A stretch of DNA of 63,973 bases, filler included, from Nemertoderma westbladi (taxonomy: Eukaryota > Animalia > Xenacoelomorpha), in assembly GCA_032718475.1 (NCBI GenBank). It is 3 parts of 3 records of this genome, joined end to end, with 100 filler letters (N's around TTAATTAATTAA, not from the genome) between each part and the next. Parts side by side here need not be neighbours in the genome. Positions count along the whole stretch, not along the records: positions 58,431 to 63,973 come from JAUCBJ010004053.1; 2 more parts are not named here. One strand, 5' to 3'. Made by a program: the position numbers and the translations under genes. Under the pieces are notes generated by a model. The model made no database searches. It was given only the letters and a program-made list of their open reading frames with translations, and had not been told where the DNA came from. Below are positions 62,241 to 63,973 of this stretch, in pieces. The first letter of the stretch is position 1. The number at the start of each line of letters is the position of its first letter.

Positions 62241-62598
62241 CTCATAGAAACTTTGTGCTCAAATAGTTACTCATATAATCAGTGTTAAAATGATTTGTTT
62301 GTCGCGCCACAAACATTCTTTACATTTACATTATTTACAAAACAATCATTACTTAGTAATTTAATTAATACAATTATTGAATGAACTTCATCATTGTTAT
62401 AAACATATTTTATTTATTTAAAAGTTCTATTGGAAAAATTAAATGAAATACAAAATAATTCATTGGGTTCGCTTTTTAACGAAATAATGTTTTTTGAAAG
62501 AATGCTGGCTACAACTCTTATCTACCAAGTCTTACCTACAATTAATTAAAGCAATTGGAGTTGAACTAATTCAACTGTAATAAATATGTTTTATTAAT

Positions 62599-62693
62599 AT
62601 GATTTTGTTCAGAAATGGGAAAAAATTAGGAAGCACATCATCGGGGGTTGAACCAGCGCTATACGTACGTTTCACGTCGAGCCAGTCAGCGAC
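62599..62693 (-). mobile_element. Internally deleted copy of the hammerhead SINE-like unit
   Basis: Minus strand TGAAACGTACGTATAGCGCTGGTTCAACCCCCG is identical to 40677-40709 and the downstream TTCTGAACAAAA is shared; CTGATGA and stem II are missing. Confidence 0.75.
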
Positions 62694-63747
62694 TTTCCCC
62701 CTTTTTTTTACAGGCGATTATCACATTCTGAACCCCATAAGAGAACAATGATGTAGAACTGAATCCCTGTTGTTTTTTGTTGGCACATTAGCAGTACAAT
62801 TAAAGTAAACGAGCGAGCAGGTTGCAGACTAATCAAAACCAATAGATGAAAGTTAATAGAACAGATTACAGTTTATTTTTGGGAGTAATCAGCTGTTTTT
62901 TGCGTCGATTTCTCCCTGAAAACACTACTGCACACGCACAGTCGTCATTTTTTTTTTCATTTATAAAATAGTAACCAAAGTACGCTATTAAATTTTTACA
63001 ATAGCAAATTTAGTTTTTTTTAAATAAGTCAAAGCAAAGCATTACTCTTAACTTTTTAACTAAAACTATTATCGTATCTTATATACAGACAAAATATCTA
63101 ATGCAGCACAATCTCATCGGGTGTTTCCCGCATGGTACTGGGGTTATTAACAATTAATACTCTGGTACTCGAATATTTCGCTTTCTGAACACTTTTTTAT
63201 GAGAGTTCCATCCGCTACCCGGTACAGATTTGAATAAAATAACTGAGTTGTTGTAATAAACCAGGAACACAGCTCAAAAACAGCTCAACCCCAATATTTA
63301 TATTTAAATAGAATAAACATCCTCCCTCAGCTGTATCATTATTTACTTCTGAGTCGTAGATACGATACGAAATCGGATTATTTTCGTATTCCAGTATTTT
63401 CTTCGTATCTTATTTCATATCGTTTCATAAATATTGACTTCGAATCGTATAATACGAATAATTATTATTCGTATTTTGTATCGTATTTCGTATTCGTATC
63501 GTATCTTTTTTTAATTTTAATGTTGTTAGCAGTCGAATCAGAGACCACACCACGTACAGTAGTTGTTTACGTATTAAAGTTAGTATTAAAGACACTGAAA
63601 TAATTGTAATTACAGTTGAATAACTTATGTGGAGAACTCCAATTGCACCGACACGACATTGATAATTATTATGAATATGTCAAGACTTTCGAATTTTTGT
63701 TTAAGATTTGAATGTAAATAAAATAATTATTCCATATTAGGGCCGAC

Positions 63748-63943
63748 CTAATGGATGTTGCAGCCAGTAGCCGCACTGTTGCCGTAGCAAGCAGCGTAGT
63801 GCTCTGCCGTGCAATGTAAAAAGACAGCAAGTCGCATTTTTCCAAAATTCGCCTTTTCTGGGTCTAAAAAATGCGCTCTATCTAATGGTATAATCGAGAA
63901 CACCGTATCTACTCTAGTTCTCGAGATATTCAATGTAGAAAGG
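63748..63943 (-). CDS. Possible terminal exon of an unidentified minus-strand gene
   Basis: ttacag| acceptor, then an open frame ending ...ATGCNIH* (CaaX-like); family not recognised. Confidence 0.3.
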
Positions 63944-63973
63944 CTGTAAGTCACAACATATGTATAGTGTTAC

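Overview
AT-rich, repeat-dense animal (invertebrate-like) genomic DNA in three pieces joined by two artificial 100-bp N/TTAATTAATTAA linkers (28889-28988, 58331-58430). Piece 1 holds five exons of an Unc13/Munc13 gene (+). One intron is a 5-kb minisatellite built from its own splice acceptor. The next large intron hosts a Penelope relic, the intronless antisense genes MKKS and SNAPIN, and a CR1/L2 LINE. An intronless SID-1/SIDT gene and several MITEs follow. Piece 2 holds at least seven exons of a divergent DPP4/DPP6/DPP10-family gene (-), LINE relics, minisatellites and two related BEL/Pao LTR elements. BEL-A has near-identical LTRs, no pol and no tRNA PBS. BEL-B carries a DEDDy-type exonuclease relic. 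Piece 3 holds a Helentron-like repeat with CTCF-like motifs and an intronless ACAA2 thiolase. Most interesting signals: (1) a Pol III A-box/B-box SINE-like unit with a complete hammerhead ribozyme between the boxes (40625-40752; second, deleted copy near 62.6 kb); (2) a BEL family with possible self-priming, an exonuclease cargo and conserved 3' hairpins; (3) three tandem arrays seeded exactly on splice junctions. All calls were made by eye from motifs; no searches were run.
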